A stretch of DNA of 54,808 nucleotides, counting the filler, from Sluysia triapertura (Eukaryota): assembly GCA_046118255.1 (NCBI GenBank). It is 4 parts of 4 records of this genome, joined end to end, with 100 filler letters (N's around TTAATTAATTAA, not from the genome) between each part and the next. Parts side by side here need not be neighbours in the genome. Positions count along the whole stretch, not along the records: positions 40,301 to 54,808 come from JBJNIA010256630.1; 3 more parts are not named here. The stretch is one strand, 5' to 3'. Under the pieces are notes generated by a model, which ran no database searches, was not told the origin of the DNA, and worked only from the letters and a program-made list of their open reading frames with translations. Positions 40,301-53,499 of the stretch are shown here, in pieces. Both the position numbers and the translations under genes were made by a program. The stretch's first letter is position 1; every line of letters starts with the position of its first letter.

Positions 40301-40689
40301 ATAAAAAAATAGTTATAATAATGATAACAATTGTGTAATTATTATGTTTATTAATATAAAATTGATGACATTTATTATGAAATTTTATCGTGAGAATTAT
40401 TACAAAAGTTATTATAGAAGTTATTATTTGGTGAATATATTATATAACAATAACGATTATAATTTTACTCAAGTTTTGATATGATATAAATCGTAATAAT
40501 AATAATGATATTTCATGATAGTTAGATGAGATGGTCGTGTTTACTTTTGAATGAGTTTGGTAGTTCGTTTAATAGTTTGTGTATGTGTGTAACTTTTTTA
40601 TCGATGAATTGTGATGAACTATATGAGATGAGTTATGGTGAATAATATGTGATGAATTATGGTGGATACCATATGACGAGTTCGCTACA
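40301..40689. repeat. Third copy of the 3768-4131 repeat, with expanded GATGAA-type internal units
   Basis: Colinear similarity, ending GAGTTCGCTACA. Confidence 0.9.
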
Positions 40690-40729
40690 CTGCTAATTGG
40701 TAAAAAGTAGAACTATACTAATAAAAAAT

Positions 40730-41430
40730 TAAGAATTTCCCCTAAAATTTATCGCAGTAATAATAATAAAATTAAAATAATAAAAGAAAAACAATTAAAC
40801 CTTACACAAACCATGGATCTTCTAATGAATATATATTGCAACTTGATTATGTAATTTTAAGTTTTTCATTTCATACTTTCTCATCATCCAATCAATCCTG
40901 AGTTTCACAATCAAACACTTATCACATAAATCATCGAAGCCTCTTTGAGAAATAGACCGACAATAACAACTTTGACAATTACATGATACGGTCTGTCAAA
41001 CTTTATTAGGTACAAAATACAAAACTTTGTATTCTATTTGATCTATTTTAACTTAAATTACTTCTCACATTGTTATTACTTCTCAACAATATTGTTAACG
41101 TATACAAAAATATTGAATTTAATTTTAGTTTGTAGAATTTTCTAATGAAAAAATGTTTAAAGTTCTTACTCTCAAACATTCCAAACGTAGTCCCAGATTT
41201 TCCTCTTTCATAGCATCTTACATTCAAATCATTCTAAATATAAAAAATTCAACATTCAATAATAAAGAATTCAGTAAAATTTGACTTTGCTCAATATTAA
41301 GGCTTTCCTTGCATGAACTCGGTCAAACCATACCTTCACCGAAAAGCCTTTTTAAAACAAATATAGTTTCAAATTTAACATAGCATTCCACATTCAAGAG
41401 TTATTCACAAAAACGTAATTCTTCTTAATT
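40730..41430 (+). repeat. Dispersed repeat with decayed ORF (copy B)
   Basis: Colinear with the reverse complement of about 12080-12800. Confidence 0.85.
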
Positions 41431-42140
41431 AAGTTAGTTAAGATTTTAATTACTTAATCTATTATTAATCTTATTCTATGATTAAAGGTTTTATTGAGGT
41501 TCTGAAGTTATTTAGTAGTTTAATAGTTTTTACCTTAACCTTTGTGATTTATTTTTATACTTCTTTATGCTAATTATTACCATACTATATTTGTCCTTAA
41601 TACCAATAACTATGATTTTATTTTTCAAATATTTTAAAGATTATAAATACTTCATAAGGTTACTCTAAGATCTTAAATTCTTATGAAGGTTTGAAGGTTT
41701 TTTTATTTTACTTTTATTTTTTTAATAAGTTTTGCTGTTACATAAAAATATGCTCGAACCACAATTTCTTAAACTTATTTAGACTGTAAATTATATCTTT
41801 AATCAAGTTTATTTTTAATTTATGTGAAATTTAGTAACATTTATGTTTTTACTATTTTTCTCTTTTTGTATTACTTTATTTTATTAAACGTCAATTTTTC
41901 CGTTTAGTTTGTTTTAGTAAACTCAATTAATAATTTTTCGCCATAGTTTGTAAATATAGTTATATTTATCAACAATATTTATCTATAATTTTTGTTTTGT
42001 TTTTATTTATTATACTTTTTAAAGAAAGATATATTTTACATTACAGAATAATTTACTGTACATTAATTTTTTTACATTTTGTAATATTTGGTCATACAGA
42101 TTATTTTACAATTTTGCTGACTGAACCAAATTAACTACTG

Positions 42141-45100
42141 ATGTCATCAGCAGTTTACTTTCGTTTTAAAGCATCTTTGAAGCAGTATACTATACCTTTT
42201 GAAGGATCTTCTATATCGGTTAAAGATCTTAAAAATGCTATAAAAATTCAATGCGGGTTAAAATCTAGTGATTTTGAACTGGAAATATTGGACAAGCAAG
42301 GGAAAGGTATTTATATAAATGGATAAATATTACTTAATTAGAATATTCAAAAGATGAGGAATTAATTCCAAAGTTTAGTGATTTGATTGTAAGGAGACTT
42401 CCGAAAGCGTCGGATCCACCGAAAAGAAAAATTAAGTAAGAATTTTTAAATTTGATTAATTTTTTTAGTAATCCTGAAGATATGACTAGGAGAGATCCTT
42501 ACAAAACAGTATAAGTTTTTGTGTAATTATAATAGTTTTTGTAGATGAATTCTATGCCAAAAATAAATTTTCCTCTCAATGTAAATATTGTATTACTTTG
42601 TCTAAATTTTATGTAGTGCATGAATCTGGCAAGAGCAAATATACCAGATGATGAAAAAATTGATAATATGGTTAAACGAATTTCTGAAGAGTATTCCGAA
42701 AAAAAGTATGATATTATGACCTTAACTAAATTTTCAGTTATCAAATTAAATCAAAACCGTATGGTGTTCCACCACCATCATATGTGTGCAATAAGTGCCA
42801 CCAAGGTGGGCACTGGATTCATGAATGTCCGGGATTACGGGATAAAGACGGTCGATTGCTTGATTTCAAAAGTGTTAAAAGACCAACAGGAATTCCTCAA
42901 GATTTCTTACTTGAAGTTCAACCTGGTACGCCTGGTGCATATTTAACTAAAGAGGGGAAGTATATGGTACCAATTAAAGATGCGTAAGTTTTTAATTTTG
43001 GAACCAAATTAAATGTGTATTACATAATGTAAACAATTAAAATTAACTTAAATTGTATGCTATTTAAAGTGCAAATTAAAGTTATGCTTTTAATTTAGCG
43101 AAGCTTATGCACTTGGAAAACGTGAAAAAAGGCCATTTTCTGAAGAAGAAAATCCACCATTTATTGAAAAAGAAGAAGATTTACCAAACAAATTAAAATG
43201 TTCTTTATGTCAGAAGTTGTTGTCAAATCCTACGTCTACACCTTGCTGTACAACTATTTATTGTGCCAAGTGTGTGCGTGATTATTTGTACGATCCTGAT
43301 GTAAATGGTAATCGTAAATGTCCCAGCTGTGAATCTTTAATCGAAAATTATAGTCAATTACAAGAAAATGAAACTGTTCGCCAGATTATAACATGTTGGA
43401 AAGCTGGAATGCTCACTAAAGAAATTGTTGATAATTGTGTAACTACTCCGATACAAGTGTCAAATAAAAAGACTGAACTGAATGATAAAGTAAATTGTGC
43501 ATTTAAATTTTTGGTTAAATACTCTTTTCAACCGGTTTTTATTTTAAAAGTTAATAAAATATATGGCTTTAGTATATTTTGTTTAATGTTTGGTGCGATT
43601 GTAGTATGGTTTGTTGATTTTAATTTTGTGAAATGTTTCGACGAGTTCTATATGAAATGGAATACGATTTGTGAAAATATTTTGTTCAAAATAAATATTT
43701 TGATATTTTTTGCATAATTTGTTCACTGTTGAAATTGTTTAATGAAGTTGTGCTCAACTCGCCGAAATAATTAATGTATGTGCATCAAACATTAATTTTC
43801 ATTCGAAGTTATGAATTCAAATTTTTGTATACAAATATAAAATAAGTAGACGTGTATTTTATAAATAAAGTATGCTTAAAATCTAATGGAGTAATGTTAA
43901 TTTTGTAATTTTGGGTTAATATGTTTGAAAAACGTTAAAGGAAGATTGATTATTACAAAAATTTTTTAGAACTATTGCTAATAAAATGCTTTATAACAAT
44001 AAATTAATTACATAAACTTCTATTACGATTCTAAATTTAGTTTAAGATTTTTATTTTACGTAAAACTTTTTTTACAAAGTATGTACATTTGTAATATCAC
44101 TTATTGTTTGTAGTAATGTGTTACATTTAGTGCTTTTATTACAGCGAAAGAAAATATTTGATTAAATGAAAATCAATGTTAAAATTTGAATTTCAAATTA
44201 CAAATTTTTGTATTTTAAAAGTTTTATTTATGTTTCAAAAAAATTAAAAGTTTATCGCTAAATAAGCATTCGTTTTAATGAAACAGATAGGATTGCTTGA
44301 GAGTAACTGATGATAGAGCTATAAATTTATACAATATTTCGTAAGTCAATTTATTGATACGCTAGCCAGATATAATTTAACCATATTTCAAAATTAATTA
44401 AGTAATTCATGTTGAGCACAACTTTTAAGGTACATTACATAAGTTCCATTTTTAAAAATGGAGCCTTTTGATTTCAGATGAATTTATTCACATTCTTAAA
44501 GGCGGTGGAGATAGATGTGGAAGTAAGAGAAAGCAGATAAATAACTTTTGTGTTAAGATGCTAAATTTTTATTTATATATATATTTGTTAATCAATTTTA
44601 GGATACTAGTAAATCGCCAGATAATCGAACTGGGTCTACTACTACTAATGACGTTGAAGCACCTCCAAATACAGTTTCCGAAGACAAGGTTAGATTTGTG
44701 TAAAATTTGACTGAATTTTATATAAACAAATTATTTAACAGTAAACATATCAAGGTTTGATGTATATCTATTCATATAATCACCGGTCATTTGACCGGTA
44801 CCTATATATAAAATTAAGTCATTAAAATGGTAAAATATACAATTTCAGAGTATTTTTTAAAGTAAAAACTAAAAGCGGTCGTGGTATGTTTAGTGTTAAT
44901 TATTTGTAATCGTTATTAAAAAAACCATTTGTTAACTAAAATTGACAAAAATTGTATCTCAAAAATAATTATTTCGATGTGATCACACGTGTTTTGCATG
45001 GATATATCGTATGAAATGTTTATAAACGAAATATTAAAAAATGTTAATAAAATGGATTTTTACTGTTAAGGAAATTCATAGTTGATTTCTTTTTGTCCAT

Positions 45101-48100
45101 AAAAATCAGGCGAGGCATTAACTTTATAAATAAATTTATAATATTTAAATAAAAAAGTTGATTTCTGGGGCACTTTACATTGGTTAAGATAGATATTACA
45201 TACAAACGATTAAATGTGTATCCATACTTATCACTTCAACCGGCAGTAATATTGCTAAGTGAAATAAAAGCTTTATTGTACTTTGTGTTTATTCAACATT
45301 TATAGATATTGTTAGTAATAAAAAATACTTCATAAAACGTAAGCTTAAAATTTGGAGTTGGTTATAGATTACTCTGTAAAATTCTTGGAGTGATAAGGGT
45401 AATAAATTATGTACCAGTAGTGTAAGGTTATTCGAACTCGTTTATTTGAATAAATTTAAATTAGTATTATGTATTTGTTTCATCTTAAAGTTAATTTATC
45501 ATTGAGTTATTTGACCTTGTACGGAGTCAATAAGAATAACAATGAGTGTTAACAAAAATGACGAATATTCCTATTTAACCAATCAGTGACTTTCAACAGT
45601 ATATTTATTGCAATTAGCTTTTTTATAAAAGAGAACATTGTTGAATCACTAAATATATTTGTTTGGAAAAATGTATTACAAAAAATTAACATTAATGCTA
45701 TAAGAATCAAATTAAATACCTTTATATTCTTTAACAGATGTTATATAATTACTAGTTCCTTCATAACTTTGAGGTACCATTGCAGGTGTTGCGTAGAAAA
45801 TCTCACGAATTTCATTTTTGCCATTATTTGAATAAGTTCTTTTGAAAATGCTCTATTGATTAAGAAAGGGGATAGTTTGTTTTATATCAGGACTTTATGT
45901 GGGATGTGGAAAAAACTTAAATGGAGTCCAATTTATAAAGAAAACTTAAGACCTATTTTGACGTGGAATTTTAGCAACTTTTTTGGTTTTACATTTGATA
46001 ACGGTTATTAATCCTTTGACAGTCTAGTTACTTGGAAAGTTTCTTTCAAAAATTGTCGGTTATTTTTGTTTTACAATTAGATTATGTATTAACTTTTAAT
46101 CTAATAAGTAATGTTATAATATTGATGAATGCATCGTTTTCAACATTAATTAATTTATCGATTGAATGAGTGTTACTTCATAATTAGGTATTATTTCTTA
46201 AAACAGTAATTTCAAATTAGTTAGTAAGGTAAGCTAATAATATAAATTTTATATCAACGTGCAATTAATATAAATTTTAGCAGTTAAAATTCTATTTTTA
46301 ACCATTATTTATTTCGATTCGAATTGAATTAGATGTACTTTTCAATTGCCTAAAATTCATTGAACATAATTTGTCTAAAATATAAAATCATGATTTTTAA
46401 TGAGCTGTTTGCATTTTTCTGAGAGTTTGTTAATTTGCTCATTTTTTCAATTTATAAGGAATTTCCTTTTTGTTTTATGGATTTTGAATGCTTTAAGGTA
46501 AATTATTACAAAATTATTCGAATTGATTGTAATGATGCAGCTTTGATTGTTTCTCAGATACCTCGTGCTAATTAATCTAAGCTGAACGAAACAATGTATC
46601 ATGTTTAACTAAATTTCTATTATAATCTATTTTTCTTATAATTTCACAAATATCTCGACTCTAAACAATGCTATTCTAATGCTTCAAAATATTCACAAAT
46701 TTATGATGTTGATACTTATTTGATCTTCAGTTAATTTTAGTTATTAAAAGTAGCATTTTAACAAAATTAAATACATTACATTAAATATATCAAAGACATT
46801 AACTACGAGTCGATAGAAAGCAAGCTTTGTTATAAAGTAAAAAAATTTATAGATGAATATTTTCCTATTTCTTAAAATACCAAACCTAATTCAAATACTA
46901 CATTTGAATACTACATTTCCGATAATATTGAATGGTAATGTGTCGAGAAATACCGTTTTCGTGCGTTTGATCGTAGTTTTTAAATCACAGTCGTATCATT
47001 ATAAGAAAATGTTTACTGTTTATTACTGGTCTTTATGTCGGTACTCATTTTTATGGGATGTAACTTTTGAAACTAAATGTTTTTCACTTTGTAATTAGTT
47101 ATAGTACTGTTCAGTAGCAAAAATGTTTCGTAAAGAATACCGTGAAATTAAGAAATAAACAGTATCACTGAGTCCCCATTCATGAACTAATAAAGATTAC
47201 ATGATAATAATAATTATAACTCCATTTATTTATGGGTTGTATTTTGCACCATTTTATAAGGGGTATTTCTGTTTACATTATATTTTATTTCGTAACTAAT
47301 TTACTTATTTGTAGTTCTTTAAATAATAATTATTGTGTGCATCTGATTAAATTATTTGGTATCTGATCTCTCATTTGTTAAATTTTAGGTGTTTGTCAAT
47401 AATCGTCGTTTGTTAAAACCGAAAAGTACTATAAAACCTGAACCTGAAATACCAAGTCAAACGTCAGATAATGGCAAAGAAAGTGATAAAATTCAAACTA
47501 CAACAGATTCTAAGAAATTAGATGAAGTAAAAAAAGAACCAGAAGAATCAACAAAACTAACCGCTATTACAAAATCTCAACCCAGTTTTGTTACTAAAGA
47601 AATTGATGAAAATGAACTAATTTTTGGGAAAGTTACTGATTTAGATTCGAAACATAAATTAAAACAAGTCAAATCTGAACATCATTTAGAATGTAAAGAC
47701 AAAATTTCACGATCACATGAGAGTTTATTAAAAATTGAAACAGTTACTAAACGACCTGATTCTTCAAATGGTAATACCAGTAACAATAGGTATGAAAGAA
47801 AACAATATGATAAATCTTTATTCCCAACTAATGCATTTGGTAATACGAACAGTAATGTAGATCTTGCTAAAACTTTACAAGCTGTGTCTAGTTTATTGCA
47901 AAGTAATGATTTGCCTAATCAGTTCATTAATAGTGCAGCTGGGGTTTCTGTATCAGCTGTTAATCCTACACAATCAATATTATCTACCAACACATTACCA
48001 CAAGCGCAATCAGATTCTATTCAATGGGCTTTAATTAATAATTTACCGATGTTAATGAGTATGGGAGGGCAAAATTCACTTCAAACACTAGTATCAAATA

Positions 48101-51100
48101 ATGCACAAAGTCAATCACATCAAAGCTCAGCATCAGGTTCTCAGTCATCAATCCCAATACCATTCATGAATAAAGCAAATTTGCATCAAGATAATTCTAT
48201 GACTGGTTTTGGTTCTGTCGTCAATTTATTTGGTAATGGTTTGACTGCTAATCAAGATAAACGCATTTTAAGCAAAGAGGAATTTTATGATAGACAAAGA
48301 AAATTAAGAGCTCAAAAATTTAACAAGTTAGTTGAAAATTTTGAAATATCTATTTTAATTATATTTTCTTGCCTAGTAAGAACCAAATTTAATAGCACAA
48401 AAATAAACATTAAAATATATAAATTCATAAATTTTTTGTATTTAAAATTTTGCAATTTCAAAATTTTTACAATTTTCTATATTAAAATATAAAACGTTCA
48501 ATTTCACAAATCAATATTATAATTATCTTTTAGAAATATTATAAGGAATGATTCCTTTTGACAGTTGAAAATATTTATTTTGTAGATATTATTTGTATGC
48601 AGTGTGTAAAAGGTACGTAACGTTTCTTATAAAGTTGGAAGGTAAAGATTGTAAAAGATATAATGAGTTTTATATTATCATTTTTGGTTTGAGTACCACA
48701 TCATGTTTCGTCATAAACCAAAGCAAAGGTACTTATGGTAAAATCTGAGTTCAGCTACAGGATACATGTGTACCGTTCAAAATGCTTTACTGTCAATTAG
48801 TAATAACATTGTTAAAGAAAATACCACGATATGGTCTAACCAGTGGTTTGGCTGTATAAATGATACTGAGGAATTAGGAATGAATCACGACGAATGAAGC
48901 ACAAATATTGTTTTGTTCAACTAGGATCTAGGTACACAGTTCAAAACATTCAGTTGCACTTGAACAAAGTAGAATAAAGAGAAAAGGTGTAAGAAATGGA
49001 AAAACTAGGCGACTATTATTCATTAGTGTGTTAGACCTATTAAGAATAAATTAATTTCTAATCACACACAATATTAGAAAAGTTGATATCAAAAATATAT
49101 CTTGTATGAACATTTAATAAGTGACAATTAAACTTTAATTATTTTGAAGTTCGAAAAAACAAATCACTAAAAAGGCTTATACAAACTGTTGATAATTCTA
49201 ATAAGAGTGCTGATATTTTCTGTTGTATTAATCAAAAAGATATTAAAGAAAATAATTGGTCTATCACTGTTTCAGCAATAAGTTTATATTAAATGTTTAA
49301 AATTCATAATTTTGCTGAGGTAAAGGTCTAAAAGGCCATTTACAATAATGATAGTATAATTGACCATAATAAAATAAAATTGTTAGACGGATTGATAGTT
49401 TGGTGGTCACAGCATGGAATGCACAGCTGTGAAGCAAGAGATCTCGGGTTCGATTCCCGGTTAGTCCATTTATTGAAGTCTAACAATATTACTATAACAA
49501 TGAAATTAATAGTTTAAAAATGTTTCTATATTTCATGAAACAGACTTCATTGAAAGGAAATCTGTATATTTATAATGTTATTTATAATGTATATTTATAA
49601 TGTTAGTTTAGCTATACGACTAGATGGTAAATCTATTATAGTGAGTTTTATTTTGTGCATAATTGATAGTTGAAAATACTTTTTTAGGATATTTTTCAGT
49701 TTTATGTATTAAAATTGAAATTAGTATTAAAATTGATCGATATATGATAAACTGAAGATTCGTAATTAACTTATAAGAATTAAATTACGAATGATGAATA
49801 TTTTTTGGCAGTCTGAAAATGACAATCAATTAATATGAGCTCGGAAACAGATATATTGCTATTTGCTTTTAGATTTTATTAAGTTTATTAACTTAAGGTA
49901 TTCTATATCAAGATCTCCAGAAGGTTCTATATCTCCAATTCGAAGAAAACGTCGTTATCAGAATCATTTACGTTATGATCAATTTGAATCTATCAATTTT
50001 AGTCGTAATCACAATCAACGTAGATCTCGTTCAAGAAGTCACAGTCGCAATAGACGAATATTTCGTAATATGAATATGCTTGATGATAGAAATCCACTTG
50101 ATGCTTATAGACATTCTGATCGTAGTCATTCTCATTCACGTCGTAAGCATCGACGTCATGATCATGAACAGTCGCCGTCTGAAAGACGAGAACGAAGGCA
50201 TAACAGATCACATCGGCACCGATCTAAACAATCCAGGGATAGCCCAGTTGGTGATAATAATGTTCATAAACATGAACTAATGTCATATCATTCACAACCT
50301 CTTATAGATGAATCATCGCAAAAAACATTAGAAAATCTAATCACATCTACGTCACAAACAAATATGAATACACACCACGAATTTCAGAATATAGATCCTA
50401 AATTAATGCATGATTCTATTAATACTTTTATAAAGTATGTTTATGAAATATTTGTATTACCTTTGTATTATCTTAAAATTATTTATACTTGTATATTTTA
50501 ATTTTTGTGTATTTAGTAAAACAAATTTTAATAATTGTATTCTGATATAATATGAATACTTATTATAATGGATTGTTTTTTTGTAATTGAAACTTAAGAA
50601 CTCTTAATATTTTCATTAATATTTTTGTAAATTTCAAATCTAGCTTCAATATTTATGTAACTTCAGCTGAAAGCAAATTTAACCCATGTAATAATTAAAT
50701 AAAATTATAATTAGTATGCAGATATTTAATTAAGGATTATGAAGTATTGTCGGTCTTTGTTATCTGATAATGGCAGTGTGAAATATGATTTTTAAATGTT
50801 AAATATTGTTTAGTACTTAAGTGGTTTAAGTGTGAATTAAATTTATAGAAATTTGTATAATTTTACCTCTATTGCGTATTTATAGTCTAGTTTATTTAAT
50901 AGACTTTTAACTGGTGGTGGTCAATTAAAGACAAATTCAAATAATGTAAATGTGGTTCCAGATAATGTATCAGAAATTTTAAATTTACAACAATCCAGAA
51001 AAGTTAGAGAAATAGTAGATGATAATGGAAGTGCTGGTAGATTATCAGTGGTAGTTCCTGGAACATCTGCAGCACTTCATAATAGTTCTTCAACAACTAC

Positions 51101-52009
51101 GGACAATACTGGTAGTCAGAGTCCCCCAAGACAAATTCGTCGAGTTCGAACACCGTTTGATAATCAAGATCAAGAATCAGAAGTCGCTGATGTGGATAGT
51201 CGTTGGAAATCACAGGATGAACAGGATGGGGTAGATAATGCATCAATGACATCGAAAAAAGATAAGAAATCCAAAAAGTTATATTTTTGTATAATTTTCT
51301 GATTATTTTTAATAAATGCTATTAGTTTTAATTATTAAATTTTACACTTAATCGGTTCACAGTTAATAATTTTTACTCATTATTTGCGTTACATTTATTA
51401 AAAAATTGAAGTTTATAAAGTCTGATACTTTTTAAAAAGATAAATATTTATATTTATTTGTTAGTTATTTTTTACGCCTAAATATGAACCTGTTATTTGG
51501 AACTAGTTCAAAAGGTAAACCTCCACTTATATATCGCAATTTTGAATACATTAAAGAAAAACAATCAAAATGGAACAACTTCATGGAGATGCAAACATCA
51601 TCAATCATTTGAATGCAAAACCTGATGGAAACACGTTAGTTAGAAACTCAAGTTGACTACACGCATTACACAATAGAAATAATTTTAAATTTTTTTGGCG
51701 TTTGGTTTTTTAGGTGTGATCCGATTAAGTGTATCAATTCCAGTTATACTTTAAAGCACAATATAACGTAACACAAATGTTAGTTCCATCATTGAGATTT
51801 CAATTTTAAAAACAAACTACGTTGAGTATTAATAAATTTAGTTTAGTATATTAAGTATGTATTTATTATGTATTGTGATTATTTATTTATTTAGAAAAAA
51901 TAAATATACCGAAGAAGAATTGACTTTGAAAAAGAAACATAAGAAACACAAAAAACACAAGAAGTTAAAGAAATTAAAGAAATTAAAAAGAGAAAAGCGA
52001 TCTAGTTAA
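42141..52009 (+). CDS. RBBP6: E3 ubiquitin ligase RBBP6/PACT/Mpe1 (DWNN, CCHC knuckle, RING, RS-rich region, Lys/His-rich tail); 12 exons, 1037 aa
   Basis: Exons spliced by hand at GT-AG sites with consistent phases: 42141-42306, 42342-42435, 42469-42508, 42545-42580, 42617-42705, 42738-42983, 43099-43489, 44602-44688, 47389-48326, 49898-50434, 50903-51277, 51895-52009 (3114 nt including stop). Motifs: DWNN (MSSAVYFRFKAS...ELIPKFSDLIVRRLP), knuckle PPPSYVCNKCHQGGHWIHECP, KRPTGIP, RING CSLC...PCC...YCAKC...CPSC, LSKEEFY, RSRSRS, KKHKKHKKHKK. Confidence 0.95.
44739..44895. mobile_element. TTAA-flanked MITE in RBBP6 intron 8
   Basis: TTAA-CAGTAAACATATCA ... TGGTATGTTTAGTG-TTAA (12/14 inverted match); internal palindrome ACCGGTCATTTGACCGGT. 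Confidence 0.65.
49381..49485 (+). mobile_element. 105-bp element: tRNA-like Pol III unit enclosed by TGTTAGAC/GTCTAACA inverted ends (RBBP6 intron 9)
   Basis: Acceptor stem GGATTGA/TTAGTCC, A box TAGTTTGGTGG, T arm TCGGGTTCGATTCCCGG, loop CT-GTG-AA with a disrupted anticodon stem; degenerate relative at about 30319-30400. Confidence 0.65.
51484..51668 (+). mobile_element. FLYWCH zinc-finger remnant (often part of Mutator-like transposases) in RBBP6 intron 11
   Basis: TSSKGKPPLIYRNFEYIK / NGTTSWRCKHHQSFECK...YTH across frameshifts. Confidence 0.65.
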
Positions 52010-52439
52010 TATAACTCATCAAACTATTGTAGTCTTTCGGACAAAATTTAAAAACTGTATATACAGTTAATTCGTTTTTAAATAAATATTTTTTTATATA
52101 TTATGGAGGTATTTATTATATTTTCATTTTGAGTTGTTTATTTAAACTGAAGCAAAGTCCAGTTGTTTTGTATAAATATAATCCTATCTTAGATTTACAA
52201 ATATATTCTCTTACAATATATGGAACTTAGCGTTATGTGAAATGTGATCATTTAATTAGTTGTATTTTTAACTAATCGTGATGGTTATATATCGCATGAG
52301 CTTATGTGCGAAGATACAGGCGAAATAAAAATGAGATTTCACAGTTTCAAATATTATATATGTATTTGTCATCTGAAGAGATTTAGTTTTAAGATTATTG
52401 AACAAATTATTTATAAAATCGTTGAGAAGTGAAGATATT

Positions 52440-52790
52440 TTATTTCCACAACTCGAAAATCATTAAAGTAGTGGGTACAATCAATTTTACAAGCATGTTA
52501 AATTATAAAATCTAAAGCAGATTTTAGGCTTATTTTCTTAACTGAAAATCTCTTGTAATATGTTTGCTAGAGAGGCATTCTAGTATCTTATTTTGTCTCA
52601 CTGTACAACTTGTAACAGTGTGATGGCACAGACATAAGACATGGGCAATAGTTTCACGTTCAAACCTTCATCAGCGATAAGTGACAGGAAGATGAAGCCT
52701 AATATTATGTGGACAGAAATTGAGTTTCAGAATATTATTTCTGGCTTTAATAGAAAAGACCCACTGAGCTATCAGCACCGTCTATTACAC
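52440..52790 (-). mobile_element. Non-LTR retrotransposon remnant of the RLE-bearing group (R2/R4/NeSL-like), zinc-knuckle/endonuclease region
   Basis: One frame reads QWVFSIKARNNIL...YR**RFERETIAHVLCLCHHTVTSCTVRQNKILECL, matching W.F...AR.N.L...CR.C...ET..H.L..C......RHN.I. Confidence 0.65.
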
Positions 52791-53499
52791 TATCATTATT
52801 CAATGGCACTTTAGGCCTGTATCCAACAGATACATGGATAAAAATAGTCATATATTTCATCGAATAAACATTTGCAATTGACAGTTCTTATAACTTTCCA
52901 CATTTTATGTCCTACACTAGTTTCTTTATTGCGTTTATTATCAAAAAGTTCTATAATTGTAGGTTCCTTTTTACACTCACAGTTATAGTTGTCATTGTTC
53001 AATTTATATCTTTTCATTAATTTATTTTTCTATAAAAGACTTACTTTTTTCATCTAAAAGAGACTTATTTCGCTTATTGGATATGAAAATAGAATAGATG
53101 AATCATTTAAGAAGGACAAGGAAAAGAAAACTCGATAGAATTTAATAGAAATTTAATTGTTCACTTATTTTGAATATTTTATGGTTCTGAAATGTTATCT
53201 ACTGAACTGTTGAGGTATATAATATTTTTGTTGTGAGTGGTATTTATTGATTTGTGTGAAATGAAATTTTAAATGATTAGGTAGAACTGTTACGTCTTTG
53301 TTTAATGATTTATAACAATAATTTAATTTGAAATCTTACTGAAATTAATAATTGTTAAAATTGAATGCAAAATATCATAAAGAATTTTTTTTAATCTACA
53401 TTACAAAACAATTTATTACTTTAATGACTCCTTACTACTATTAAATTTATTTTAATTCCTTCATTAAAATTAAAAATAAATAAAATCAAAAGGTACAAA

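Noticed and set aside
43490-43717. Hydrophobic TM-like tails on the RBBP6 ORFs (also 48327-48492)
   Set aside because: Read-through into T-rich introns past good GT donors.
49389-49468. Functional tRNA-His(GUG)
   Set aside because: The anticodon stem is disrupted or extended, and the unit sits in a repeat with inverted ends.
49999-50280. Overlapping ORFs 49999-50211(-) and 50080-50280(+); also 20460-20663, 30000-30227 and 42499-42744
   Set aside because: Shadow frames of real exons.
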